Source: an uncultured delta proteobacterium (GTDB lineage: Bacteria; Myxococcota_A; UBA9160; SZUA-336). From it: DNA of 64,000 nucleotides. Below, piece by piece: positions 29,249-39,016 of this stretch. Where the stretch lies: positions 637,072 to 701,071 of the forward strand of contig CAVPHD010000001.1 of the NCBI GenBank assembly GCA_963704165.1. Direction: 5' to 3'. The notes beneath the pieces were generated by a model. That model searched no databases. It had not been told where the DNA came from and worked only from the letters and a program-made list of their open reading frames with translations. A program made the translations under genes and the position numbers. Numbering within the stretch: the first letter of the stretch is position 1; each line of letters opens with the position of its first letter.

Positions 29249-29572
29249 ATGACACCCTCGACAGCCAGCCACGCATTCGCCGAATTCCTCGGCCGTTTCC
29301 GCGCCGCGCTCGTGCTCCTCTCCGGAGACGCGCGCGGCTTGGAGTACCGACTCGATCAGCCGCGCACCGCCCTCGGCCGCGGCCCCGGCGTCGATCTCGC
29401 GCTCGACGACGAAGCGCTGCGCTGCCGGCATGCCCTGGTCGAGTTCCGCTCCGGCCATTTCGTCCTGCGCGACTTCGACGGGGACGATCCCGAAAGCCTC
29501 GAGCTGAAGGACGGCGACCGTTTCCGTCTGGGTGCGCACGAGTTCGCCTTCGTCCTCGAGCCGAAGCCCTGA
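29249..29572 (+). CDS. FHA-domain protein (degenerate)
   Basis: LGRG..VDLALDD...RHA...VLRD..LKDGDRFRLG. Confidence 0.7.
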   Translation: MTPSTASHAFAEFLGRFRAALVLLSGDARGLEYRLDQPRTALGRGPGVDLALDDEALRCRHALVEFRSGHFVLRDFDGDDPESLELKDGDRFRLGAHEFAFVLEPKP

Positions 29573-29579
29573 CGCGCGC

Positions 29580-29831
29580 TCAGTAGCTCCGGAAGTCCTT
29601 CGCGGCCTGGTAGGCGAAGTACACGCCCGCCACGTGGATCAGGAAGCCCGGCACCAGGATCGCCCAGTAGCCGAATCCCGTGGCCAGGAACCAGAGCAGT
29701 CCCGCGCCGAGACGCCCCGCGTACACATGGCCGAGCCCCGGAACCAGAACCGAGAGCACCGCGGCGACACCGGGGCTCGGTATCCGCTCGACCGATCGAT
29801 ATCGATCTAGGTCGCGATCGTCCGCCATCAT
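29580..29831 (-). CDS. Small membrane protein
   Basis: SPGVAAVLSVLVPGLGHVYAG motif plus TM helices. Confidence 0.7.
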   Translation of the reverse strand: MMADDRDLDRYRSVERIPSPGVAAVLSVLVPGLGHVYAGRLGAGLLWFLATGFGYWAILVPGFLIHVAGVYFAYQAAKDFRSY

Positions 29832-29983
29832 TCGAGAACCTCCTCTGGAATGGCTGTGAGAGCAAGGGCCATGCCGCGTTCATGGCTTCGCAGCACGGCG
29901 CGGGCTGCCGCGCGACGCAGCGATCCGGCGACAGGGCATGACCGCGCTTGCGCCCGGGGGCGCGTCTTCGCCAAGCTCGGACG

Positions 29984-30883
29984 GTGCCGGAGCTTCCCGA
30001 CGTCGATGTCTACATCGAGGCGCTCGACCGGCGAATCCACGGAGCGCGCCTCGAGGGGATGAGGATCCTCTCGCCCTTCGTGCTGCGCTCGGTCGCCCCC
30101 GCGCCGGCGGAGTTCCCGGGCCGCAGCGTCGTCGGGCTGCGCCGGATCGGCAAGCGCATCGCGATCTCGCTCGACGGCGAGCTCTTCATCGTGATTCACC
30201 TGATGATCGCCGGGCGACTGCACTGGTTCGAGAAGGGAAGGAAGACGACCGGACGCAAGCCGCTCGTCGCGTTCGACTGGAGCACCGGCACGCTGACGCT
30301 CACCGAAGCGGGCTCGAAGCGGCGCGCATCGCTTCACCTCGTGCGCGGAGAAGACGCGCTCGCTTCGCACGATCCCGGCGGCGTCGAGCCGCTCGAGATC
30401 GGCTCCGAGACATTCGCGGTGACGCTGCGAAGCGCGAACCACACGCTGAAGCGCGCGCTCACCGATCCGCGCCTGATCTCCGGCATCGGCAACGCGTACT
30501 CCGACGAGATCCTGCACCGCGCGCGCCTCTCTCCGATCGCGCTCACGCAGAAGCTCTCGGACGAAGAGCTCGCGCGGTTGCACGCCGCGACGCAGCTCGT
30601 GCTGAACGAGTGGCGTGCGCGCCTTCGCACCGAGGCCGGCGAGGGATTTCCCGAGAAGGTGACCGCGTTTCGCCCCGAGATGGCCGTGCACGGCCGCTAC
30701 CGCGAGCCGTGTCCGGACTGCGGCTCACCTGTGCAGCGCATCGTCTACGCCTCGAACGAGACCAACTACTGCGCGCGCTGTCAGACCGGCGGAAGGCTGC
30801 TCGCCGATCGGGCGCTCTCGCGCCTTCTCAAGGCGGATTGGCCGCGCACGCTGGAGGAGCTCGAGGCTCTGCGCGGGCGCTGA
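29984..30883 (+). CDS. Fpg/Nei family DNA glycosylase
   Basis: PELPDV, HLMIAG, GIGNAYSDE, zinc finger CPDC..CARCQ. Confidence 0.93.
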   Translation: MPELPDVDVYIEALDRRIHGARLEGMRILSPFVLRSVAPAPAEFPGRSVVGLRRIGKRIAISLDGELFIVIHLMIAGRLHWFEKGRKTTGRKPLVAFDWSTGTLTLTEAGSKRRASLHLVRGEDALASHDPGGVEPLEIGSETFAVTLRSANHTLKRALTDPRLISGIGNAYSDEILHRARLSPIALTQKLSDEELARLHAATQLVLNEWRARLRTEAGEGFPEKVTAFRPEMAVHGRYREPCPDCGSPVQRIVYASNETNYCARCQTGGRLLADRALSRLLKADWPRTLEELEALRGR

Positions 30884-32123
30884 ATCCCGCGAGCGAGATC
30901 GCGAGCCAGAGCCCGGGCACGGCGGCGAGCGCGGTCGCGGCGAAGAAGAGCGGCCAGCCGAGCTGCTCCGCGAGCCAGCCCGCCGACGACGCGAGCACGG
31001 TACGGCCGGTCGCCGCGAGAGAGGAGAGCAGCGCGTACTGCGTGGCCGTGAACTCCGCGTTGCAGAGCTCCGAGAGGTACGCGACGAACGCCGCCGACAC
31101 GAGACCGCTGGTGAAGTTCTCGACCGCGACCACGGCGCCGAGCGCCGTCAGGTCGTGTCCGGCGTAGGCGAGCGCCGTGAACGCGAAGTTCGAGAGCGCG
31201 GCGAAGATGCCGGCGCCGACGAGCGCACGCCCGATCCCGCTGCGAAAGACGAGCGCGCCGCCCGCCGCGATGCCCGCCATCGTGGCCACCACGCCGAAGA
31301 CCTTCACGACGCTCGCGATCTCGAGCTTGCTGAAACCGAGCTGCACGTAGAACGCGCTCGACATCCCGCCCGCGAGCGCGTCGCCGAAGCGGTAGAGCAC
31401 GACGAAGAGCAGGACCACGCCCCAGCGTGGACGCGAGCTGAATTCCGCGAACGGGCGCAGAACGGCGTCGCGAAGGAAGCTCGCGTCCCCCGGCCCCGCA
31501 TCAGACCGCGGGTGGGAGGGCTCGGGCGTGAGCAGCACCGCCGCCAGGCCGACACCGACCAGTGACGCCATGACCAGGTACGCGCGCGGCCAGCCGAAGA
31601 GCTCGGCCAGGGCCATCGCTCCCGCGCCGGACGCGATCACGCCGAACCGGTAGCCCCACTGGGTCGCTGCGGCCCCCGCGCCCTGCTCGTCCGCGTGGAG
31701 GAGCTCGATGCGATAGGCGTCGATCACGATGTCCTGACTGGCGGAGAGGAACGCGACCAGAGCCGCGAGAAGGGCCGTGCGCCAGACATCGCTCGCCGGG
31801 TCGGAGGCGCCGAGCGCGACGATCGCACCCGCCAGCGCGAGCTGGATGGCGACCGACCAGGAGCGCCGTTGTCCGAGCCGGGCCGTGAGCCACGGAATCG
31901 GCGCGCGATCGATCACGGGCGACCAGACGAACTTCGCGCTGTAGGCGACGCCGACCAGCGCGAACAAGCCGATGTCCACGAGCGAGACCTGCGATTCGGC
32001 GAGCCAGACCTGGAGCGTCGCGCCCGTGAGCGCCAGCGGCAGACCACTCGCGAAACCCATGGCCAGGATCGCCAAGAGGCGGGGGTTGCCGTACACGCGC
32101 AGCGCTTGCGCCCACGTGTTCAA
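30828..32123 (-). CDS. ampG: AmpG muropeptide MFS permease
   Basis: GFASGLPLAL, KFVWSP, SASQDIVIDAYRIE, TATQYALLSS. Confidence 0.93.
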   Translation of the reverse strand: MNTWAQALRVYGNPRLLAILAMGFASGLPLALTGATLQVWLAESQVSLVDIGLFALVGVAYSAKFVWSPVIDRAPIPWLTARLGQRRSWSVAIQLALAGAIVALGASDPASDVWRTALLAALVAFLSASQDIVIDAYRIELLHADEQGAGAAATQWGYRFGVIASGAGAMALAELFGWPRAYLVMASLVGVGLAAVLLTPEPSHPRSDAGPGDASFLRDAVLRPFAEFSSRPRWGVVLLFVVLYRFGDALAGGMSSAFYVQLGFSKLEIASVVKVFGVVATMAGIAAGGALVFRSGIGRALVGAGIFAALSNFAFTALAYAGHDLTALGAVVAVENFTSGLVSAAFVAYLSELCNAEFTATQYALLSSLAATGRTVLASSAGWLAEQLGWPLFFAATALAAVPGLWLAISLAGFSARAEPRAPPACAANPP

Positions 32124-32177
32124 GGCTCGGTCGCTCCGGGTACACGAGGACGCATCTCCGTCCTCATCGGCCTGCGC

Positions 32178-32819
32178 TCACTGCGAATTGACGAGAAAGG
32201 TCCCCAACCGGAATCCGCGGCCGAACGCGATCGCGGCCGCCGCGGTCACCGGCTTCTCGAGCGAGGCGAAGGCGCCGCCATCCACCACGAAGCGCGCAGC
32301 GCCCGCGGCGTCGGCGGCGTCGAACTCGACGCACTGCGACTCGCGCACGTCGTCGTGCTCGTAGGTCGCCACGTACCACGCGCGACCGGGCGTGAGCGGT
32401 ACGGCCTTCACCACGAGCGCATCGTGGCGCACGATCGCGAGCCAGCCGGTCTCGCCCACGAGCGGAACCACACCCGCGACCCGTGGCGTCGAGAGCGAAT
32501 CCTTCTCGTAGTCGAGCGCCAGCAGCGACGCGGCGAGCGCGTCCCGTGGCGGTATGCCCATGGCGATCTTCTCCGCGATCGGATCCGTGTGGCTGCCGTT
32601 GGTCGCCACCGCGTACTCGCCCGCGATGCGCACGGCGTTGTAGGCGATGTACGGATTCTTGTGCAGGTCTCCCTCGTGCCCGGGACGGGGAACGATCGCG
32701 AGCCGCCCATCGACCTCGATGGCCATCCGGTTCGGGAACGAGCGCGAGGAAACCCGGTACAGCGCCGCGTTCGAGCCTGCCCGCGTGCGACCCACCGCGA
32801 CGATTCTGCCGATGTACAT
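32178..32819 (-). CDS. purO: IMP cyclohydrolase, archaeal PurO type
   Basis: MYIGRIVAVG, YRVSSRSFPNR, NPYIAYN, NGSHTD, DYEKD..TPR, ATYE. Confidence 0.92.
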   Translation of the reverse strand: MYIGRIVAVGRTRAGSNAALYRVSSRSFPNRMAIEVDGRLAIVPRPGHEGDLHKNPYIAYNAVRIAGEYAVATNGSHTDPIAEKIAMGIPPRDALAASLLALDYEKDSLSTPRVAGVVPLVGETGWLAIVRHDALVVKAVPLTPGRAWYVATYEHDDVRESQCVEFDAADAAGAARFVVDGGAFASLEKPVTAAAAIAFGRGFRLGTFLVNSQ

Positions 32820-32895
32820 GCGCTAGCCTCGTGCTCGAGAGTACGCATCGATCATAGCCGGAGCCGCCGACGCGCGCGCCCCGGCCGGAGGATCC

Positions 32896-34629
32896 ATGAC
32901 CACGTACCTTCACGACGGGATCGCGCTCTACCTCGACCGGCTGATCGACTGGGACGACTACTTCCGGCTGCGGAAGGGCGACGCGGTCGATGTCGCCGCC
33001 GAACGCGCGGCGCTTCGCGGTGTGCTCGAGACCTGCGCGGAGATCTGCGCGTCGATCGAGCCGGCATCGCGCGCCGGATGGTGGGAGTCCGCGGTTCTCG
33101 AGGACGGACGCGTCGTGCAGCCGGCGCACGTGCGCGAAGGCTACGCGAAGCTCGCCGAGGCGGGTTTGGTGGCCTTCGGTGTCGCCGAGCGTTTCGGTGG
33201 CTTCGAGCTTCCCACGATGATCGCGAACGTGATCCTGCAGATGATCTCGCGTGCCGACGCAGCCCTGATGACGGTGATGGGGCTTCAGGCGGGCGTCGCC
33301 GAGGACATCCAGCGCTACGCGCCCGAGGATCTCTGCCAGCGCTACCTGCCGCGCTTCGTCTCGGGCGAGCTCCAGGGCGCGATGGACCTGACCGAGCCCG
33401 GCGCCGGATCGGATCTCGGCGCGATCCAGACCCGCGCCGTCGAAGACGCGGGCCGGTACTTCCTCGACGGCCAGAAGATCTTCATCACCAACGGCGGAGC
33501 CGAGATCCATCTCGTGCTCGCGCGCGACGCCGACACCTTCGAGCTCTCGAAGGGGACGACGAAGGGGCTCTCGCTCTTTCTCTGCCCGGCGACGTTGCCC
33601 GATGGAAATGCGAACCAAGTGCGCGTCGAGCGGCTCGAGCACAAGCTCGGCATTCACGGCTCGCCGACGGCGGTCGTGCGCTTCGAGCGCGCCGAGGCCT
33701 GGCGGATCGGCGTGAAGGGCGATGGCTTTCGCGCCATGCTCGATCTGATGAACAACGCGCGCCTCGGTGTGGCGGCGCAGGGCGTGGGCATCGCCGAGGC
33801 CGCGGTCGCCGAAGCGATCCGTTACTCGCGCGAGCGCAAGCAGTTCGGCATGCCGATCGGCGACCAGCCGCTGATGAAGAGCCTGCTCTCCCGGATGGTC
33901 ACGAGCCTCGAGGGAAGCCGAGCGCTCTTGTACCGGGTCTCGGCGCTCGTCGATCGGAACACCGCGATCCAGGCGTCGCTCGCGCGAGAGACTTCGCTCT
34001 CGGAAGGTGAGCGCGCGGAGCTCGGCCGGGTCTTCGAACGCAACCAGACACAGATCCGCCTGTTCACGCCGCTCGCGAAGTACCTCGCGACCGAGAGCTG
34101 CGACGCGATCACGCGCTCCGCGATCCAGGTCCACGGCGGCCTCGGCTTCATGGCCGAATCGACGGTGGGAAAGCTCCACCTCGACGGGATCATCACCACG
34201 ATCTACGAGGGCACGAGCGAGATCCAGGTCAGCTTCGCGCTGAAGGAGATCGGCAAGGGCGCGCTCACCATCGTCTTCGACGAGCTGCGCAAGGAGCTCG
34301 GATCGCTCGGTCAGGTGACGCTGAAGCCGTTCATCGCGAGGGTTCTCGAAGGAATCGAGCGGATCGAGGAGTCGTCCGTCGCGCTGATTCGCGACTTCGG
34401 CTACGCGCTGCTCTCCGCTCAGGCCGTCGCCGAAATGGTGATCGCCGTGATCGTGTCGACGGAGCTGCTGCGTCAAGCCGAGACTTCACCGGATCGGACC
34501 GAGCTTGCAGCGCGATGGGTGCACACGAAGATGCTGGAACTCGAGAGTCACGCGCGCCGTGTGATCGAAGGTGACGCCGGTCGCATCGAGCGTTGCGAGA
34601 AGATCGTTCGACTCTGGAGTGAGGACTGA
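32896..34629 (+). CDS. Acyl-CoA dehydrogenase
   Basis: MDLTEPGAGSDL, GQKIFITNG, EHKLGIHGSPT, RKQFG, QVHGGLG, IYEGTSEIQ. Confidence 0.93.
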   Translation: MTTYLHDGIALYLDRLIDWDDYFRLRKGDAVDVAAERAALRGVLETCAEICASIEPASRAGWWESAVLEDGRVVQPAHVREGYAKLAEAGLVAFGVAERFGGFELPTMIANVILQMISRADAALMTVMGLQAGVAEDIQRYAPEDLCQRYLPRFVSGELQGAMDLTEPGAGSDLGAIQTRAVEDAGRYFLDGQKIFITNGGAEIHLVLARDADTFELSKGTTKGLSLFLCPATLPDGNANQVRVERLEHKLGIHGSPTAVVRFERAEAWRIGVKGDGFRAMLDLMNNARLGVAAQGVGIAEAAVAEAIRYSRERKQFGMPIGDQPLMKSLLSRMVTSLEGSRALLYRVSALVDRNTAIQASLARETSLSEGERAELGRVFERNQTQIRLFTPLAKYLATESCDAITRSAIQVHGGLGFMAESTVGKLHLDGIITTIYEGTSEIQVSFALKEIGKGALTIVFDELRKELGSLGQVTLKPFIARVLEGIERIEESSVALIRDFGYALLSAQAVAEMVIAVIVSTELLRQAETSPDRTELAARWVHTKMLELESHARRVIEGDAGRIERCEKIVRLWSED

Positions 34630-34748
34630 CTTCGAGCGCGCCGTCGGGTCGAGACTCGCGGCTCGGTCCACGGGAGCCACTTCGAGGCGCGTGGAGCCCC
34701 GGAGCTTCTCGAGTACCGTGAAGAGATCTCGGACTTCGTCTACGAACG

Positions 34749-36545
34749 TCAGCGCCAGGTCGAGTAGCGCTCGAGCAGCGGATGCTGCGGGAACGTGCCC
34801 GCCAGCAGCTCCACACGGCGTCGTGTCTCGTCCGCGTCTCCCGACGCGATCGCCTCTTCGATGTAGCGCTCGTAGGCCCGGTCGAGCCGTCCCCGCCATT
34901 CGTTCAGCAGCGGCCCCTCCTCGCTGCCTTGGGCGACGAGGTATCCGGTTCCGGTGAAGCTCAGGACTTCGTAGAGGTCGGCTTGGTGCCGGGCGATCAG
35001 CCGATCGAGCACGCGAAGCAGCGCGTCGCGGTTCTCGAGATCCGTGGGATCGAAGAGATAGAACGAGGTGCGCCGATCGAGGGCCGAGTCGAGCTCACCC
35101 GACGCCTCTTCGAGCGCGGCGACCTGGCGCAGACTCGTGGTCGTCGGCCGTTCATCGAGCGCCGCGCGCGAAAGCGCGAGCGCGCGCTCCAGCATCGGGG
35201 CGTCGGGCTTCTCGCCGAGCTCGCGCAGAAGCTCCGTGACCAGGCCCGTCTTCGCGATGTGCCCGCTGTACCGTCCATGCGCGACCGAGTTCTCGTGCAG
35301 CGTGCGGGCGTCGGTCCAGACCGCCGCTCGCGTGCCGGAGAGCGCGGTGAAGGCTGCGATCGCGAGCAGTGGCAGGGCGAGCCAGCGTCGATCGCGCGCG
35401 AGCATCGGCGCCAGTCCCGCCGTGGCCAGGCCCGCGAGCGCCACCGACGGCAGATACAGGACGCGCTCGGCCATCACGATGCCGCTCGCGAAGAAAAGGT
35501 TCGACGTCGGCAGCCAGGCGAGCGCGAAGAACGCGAGCCAGAAGAGCGGGTCGCGCCGACCGCCGCGCCAGGCCAGACACGCGGCGAGCATCACCACGCC
35601 GATCAGTCCCGCGGAGCGCGCGACTTCCGGTGTGAGCCGCGTCGCGTGGGGAAAGCCCGAGTAGTCGGCCGAGAGCGAGAGCGGCGCGACCAGCAGGCGA
35701 AGGATCTCGCCGAGCGCGTGGGTCATCGTCAGTCCGATCTCGAACGGCGCGGGGTCGGGGAAGGCCAGGTACTGCAACGGCGCGTGGAGTGCGAAGGCGA
35801 CCGGCGGGTTCGAGCTCGCGCCCAGAGCGATGCCGCGAAGCGCGATGAAAAGCGCCAGCGCGAGGGCCTGCGGCGCGAGCTCGACGGCCTGGCGGCGCGC
35901 GAACGAGAGGGCGCTCACGTCGCTTCGACCGAGCCAGGCTCCGACGAAGAGCACCCCGGGCAGCACGACCGCCGACTCCTTGCAGAAGCACGCGAGCAGG
36001 TACAGCCCCGACGCTGCCCAGCGCGCGCCCGCGCCGCGCGAGTGCAGCGCGAACGCAGCCAGGAAGAAGACCGTCATCAAGAGGTCCGCTCGTCCGACCA
36101 TGTGCGACACCGCCTCGACGTGCACCGGGTGCACGGCGAAGAGCGCCGCACCGAGAAATGCGGCGAACGAGTCGCCGGAGCGCACGCGCAGGATCCCGAA
36201 GAGCAGGAGCACCGCGATCGCGTTCAGGATCAGATTGCCGACGTGGACGCCGACGCGTGACGGCGCGCCGGTCGCATCGACGCCAAAGACGACCCGGTCG
36301 ATCGCGTAGCTCGCCATCGTCAGCGGCCGGTACAACCCGCCGGGGAGCTCCCTCGGCCAGTACGTCTGCGCGAACAGGGCCGGGATGTTCGACGGGTCGC
36401 GTAGCTCGATCCGGTCGCGAATGATCGTGCGGTCGTCCTCGATGAAGTCGCCCGCGACGGACGGTAGGAACGGCAGCACCGCGAGCAGGATCAGCGCGAG
36501 CGGCAACGCGCGAGCGGCTCGCTCAGCCCCGATCGGCACTCGCAC
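34749..36545 (-). CDS. TMTC-like GT-C membrane glycosyltransferase
   Basis: DFIEDD, LYRPLT, LFAVHPVHVEAV..GRADLL, KESA, LSADY, AERVLYLP. Confidence 0.82.
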   Translation of the reverse strand: MRVPIGAERAARALPLALILLAVLPFLPSVAGDFIEDDRTIIRDRIELRDPSNIPALFAQTYWPRELPGGLYRPLTMASYAIDRVVFGVDATGAPSRVGVHVGNLILNAIAVLLLFGILRVRSGDSFAAFLGAALFAVHPVHVEAVSHMVGRADLLMTVFFLAAFALHSRGAGARWAASGLYLLACFCKESAVVLPGVLFVGAWLGRSDVSALSFARRQAVELAPQALALALFIALRGIALGASSNPPVAFALHAPLQYLAFPDPAPFEIGLTMTHALGEILRLLVAPLSLSADYSGFPHATRLTPEVARSAGLIGVVMLAACLAWRGGRRDPLFWLAFFALAWLPTSNLFFASGIVMAERVLYLPSVALAGLATAGLAPMLARDRRWLALPLLAIAAFTALSGTRAAVWTDARTLHENSVAHGRYSGHIAKTGLVTELLRELGEKPDAPMLERALALSRAALDERPTTTSLRQVAALEEASGELDSALDRRTSFYLFDPTDLENRDALLRVLDRLIARHQADLYEVLSFTGTGYLVAQGSEEGPLLNEWRGRLDRAYERYIEEAIASGDADETRRRVELLAGTFPQHPLLERYSTWR

Positions 36546-36659
36546 GAACCCACGTCTGAAGCAGCTCGAGATCCGAGCGGGGCGCCCAGCCCTCGTGCAG
36601 CCAGAGCTCGCGCACTCTCCCGCGGACGCAACTCGACATCGCCGCTAGATTTCCTGGCC

Positions 36660-37235
36660 ATGAGCACAAAAGCAATCGTCTCCGTCGTCGCCGGTCTCGC
36701 GCTCGCGTGTGTGTCGGGCGGATCCACGTCACGCGCGCCCGCGCCCGACCTGCGCACGTCGTCGAACTCGCGCGGCGTCGCCGAACGCATGTTCTATCCC
36801 GAGCGCGGGGTGTCCTGCGACCGCGCGACGCAGGTCTGCTACACGGGCACCCGAGCGGACGTCGCGCAGACGCGCGCCTACTTCGGCGATTCCGCCGCAC
36901 GCCGCGTTCAGGGTGACGCCAAGGACGCGCGGCGCGAACCCAAGTGGGTCTTCGAGCCCGACGGCGACACGAGCTGCGACATGCGAACCCAGGTCTGCTA
37001 CGGGCAGAGGGGTCCGAACGTGAAGCAGACGCGCAGGTACTTCGGCGACGCGGCCGCCGCGCGCCTCGAGCAGAGTCTGGGCGCGGCCGGCGGCGTCAGC
37101 CGAGAGAAGCGCGGTGTCGGCTGCGATCAGAACGTCCAGGTCTGTTACGACGAGAACGGCCCGAACGTGAAGCAGACCCGGAAGCACTTCGGCGACGCGG
37201 CGGCGAAGAAGCTCGAGAAGCAGCTTCGACGCTGA
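36660..37235 (+). CDS. Lipoprotein with three YcgJ/Fels-1-like Cys repeats
   Basis: LALAC lipobox; three repeats of CD...QVCY...G...QTR.YFGD.AA. Confidence 0.75.
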   Translation: MSTKAIVSVVAGLALACVSGGSTSRAPAPDLRTSSNSRGVAERMFYPERGVSCDRATQVCYTGTRADVAQTRAYFGDSAARRVQGDAKDARREPKWVFEPDGDTSCDMRTQVCYGQRGPNVKQTRRYFGDAAAARLEQSLGAAGGVSREKRGVGCDQNVQVCYDENGPNVKQTRKHFGDAAAKKLEKQLRR

Positions 37236-37775
37236 TCACGTCACGCGCTCACGACGCAGAAGGGTGTAGACGGCGAGGTCGACGTAACCGTCCGGCAGCC
37301 GCTCCGCCTCGCGGATCACGCCGTCGAAGTGGAACCCGAGCCGCACGGGGATCCGCCGGCTCCGCTCGTTGCCCGGCGCGGCCGAGATGCGCACCGAGTT
37401 CAGGCCGATCTCGTCGAAGGCGTGTCGGACGAGCTCCCGGCAGCACGCCGTCACGATTCCGCGCCCCTGCAGGTCCTCGCGCAGCCAGTAGCCGATCTCG
37501 CAGCTCGAGTTCGCGTCGTCGATCCAGTTCATGCCCGCCGTGCCGCAGGGCCCGCCCTCGTGCTCGATCACGAGGATCAGCGACTTCCCTTCCGAAGCAC
37601 CGGCGATCGCGCCGCGCAGGAACTCGCGCGTGTGCTCGGCCGACTCGCTGCCATCGACCCAGGGCAGCCAGCGGCGGAGGTACGCGCGACTCGCGTCGAT
37701 CGCGGCGAAGAGCGGCTCTGCGTCTTCGAGACGCGGAGAACGAAGCATCGTCCGTTCGTCGCAGACGAGAACCAT
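37236..37775 (-). CDS. RimJ/RimL-family GNAT acetyltransferase
   Basis: YLRRWLPWV, EIGYWL..QGRGIVT, NERSRRIPVRLGF. Confidence 0.88.
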   Translation of the reverse strand: MVLVCDERTMLRSPRLEDAEPLFAAIDASRAYLRRWLPWVDGSESAEHTREFLRGAIAGASEGKSLILVIEHEGGPCGTAGMNWIDDANSSCEIGYWLREDLQGRGIVTACCRELVRHAFDEIGLNSVRISAAPGNERSRRIPVRLGFHFDGVIREAERLPDGYVDLAVYTLLRRERVT

Positions 37776-37833
37776 TCCCGACGATCGTAGTCGAAAATGT
37801 GGCGGGTTCCCTGCGCGAAGCCCGTCGGTTCCA

Positions 37834-38388
37834 TCAGCCGAGAAGTCCGGCCTCGGCCTCCGCGGCCACCTGATCGAAATGCCGTTCGAGCGCGGCGTTG
37901 GCGCCGCGGCAGCCGGCAACGACCGAGCGCGCCCACTCGATGTATTCGCGCCGTCGCTCGAGTGGCCAGCCGTCGGGGGGCGAGGCCGAGATCTCGCGCA
38001 CGTTCGAGATCTTGTCGCCGAGCTTGATCTGCTTCGCGTCGTTCGAGAGCACGGGGGCGTGCTCCCGCTGCAGCCGCTTGCGCTCGGCCTTCGGCAGGCT
38101 CTTGTCGTCGGTCACCTCGGCGACCAGCCCCCGTACGCGCGCACCGAAGGCGTGCTCGAGCTCTTCGGGAGTCGTCTCCGTGTCCTCGATCGTGTCGTGC
38201 AGGATCGCGGCCGCGAGCACCTCGACGTCGCGCACCCCGCCGACGCGCGCGAGCAGCTCCGCGACCTCGATCGGATGGTTGATGTACGGTGAGGCGTCGG
38301 TCCCCTTGCGGCGCTGGGTCCGATGCTTCTCGGAGGCGAGCCGGAGTGCGGCGAGAAGTGGCGCGACCGCGTCGAGATCAGTCTGCAT
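37834..38388 (-). CDS. HD-domain small alarmone hydrolase (Mesh1-like)
   Basis: [35 protein letters not shown]. Confidence 0.88.
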   Translation of the reverse strand: MQTDLDAVAPLLAALRLASEKHRTQRRKGTDASPYINHPIEVAELLARVGGVRDVEVLAAAILHDTIEDTETTPEELEHAFGARVRGLVAEVTDDKSLPKAERKRLQREHAPVLSNDAKQIKLGDKISNVREISASPPDGWPLERRREYIEWARSVVAGCRGANAALERHFDQVAAEAEAGLLG

Positions 38389-38394
38389 CTCGAG

Positions 38395-39000
38395 TCAGTC
38401 GGCGCCGCCCTCGGCGCTGACGCCCAGGTCGCGGAGCAGTCCGTCGTGCAGGTCGTAGACCCAGCCGTGAACGGCGAGCGCTTGTCCGCGATCCCACGCA
38501 TCGACGACGGTCTGGACCCGGCTGACGGCGCGCACCTGCGTCATGACGTTCAGCTCGCAGAGCCTGCGCGTGCGCGCGGTGTCGTCGGGCAGCGACTTCA
38601 GCTCGTCCTCGTGAGCGCGGCGCACCGCGCGGATGTGCTGGAGCCAGCTCTCGAGCGGTAGCTCGAGCGGTGGACCGAACGCCGCCGCGACGCCGCCGCA
38701 GCCGTAGTGGCCGCAGACGATGATGTGCTTGATCCGCAGCACGTCCACCGCGTACTGGACCACGGAAAGGCAGTTCGAGTCGTTGGGCGCGACGACGTTG
38801 GCGATGTTGCGGTGCACGAACATCTCTCCCGGCGCCAGGCCGCAGATCTCGTTCGCGGGAACGCGGCTGTCCGCGCAGCCGATCCACAGGTGTTCCGGCG
38901 CCTGCAGACCGCAGAGTCGCTCGAAGAACTCCGGGTCCTCGGCGACGTGGGCGGCCGCCCATTTCCGGTTGCTCTCGAAGAGCCGTGGCAGGAATTTCAT
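38395..39000 (-). CDS. can: Beta-class carbonic anhydrase
   Basis: IGCADSRV, FVHRNIAN, GHYGCGG. Confidence 0.94.
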   Translation of the reverse strand: MKFLPRLFESNRKWAAAHVAEDPEFFERLCGLQAPEHLWIGCADSRVPANEICGLAPGEMFVHRNIANVVAPNDSNCLSVVQYAVDVLRIKHIIVCGHYGCGGVAAAFGPPLELPLESWLQHIRAVRRAHEDELKSLPDDTARTRRLCELNVMTQVRAVSRVQTVVDAWDRGQALAVHGWVYDLHDGLLRDLGVSAEGGAD

Positions 39001-39016
39001 CGCGGTCTCCGTGCGG

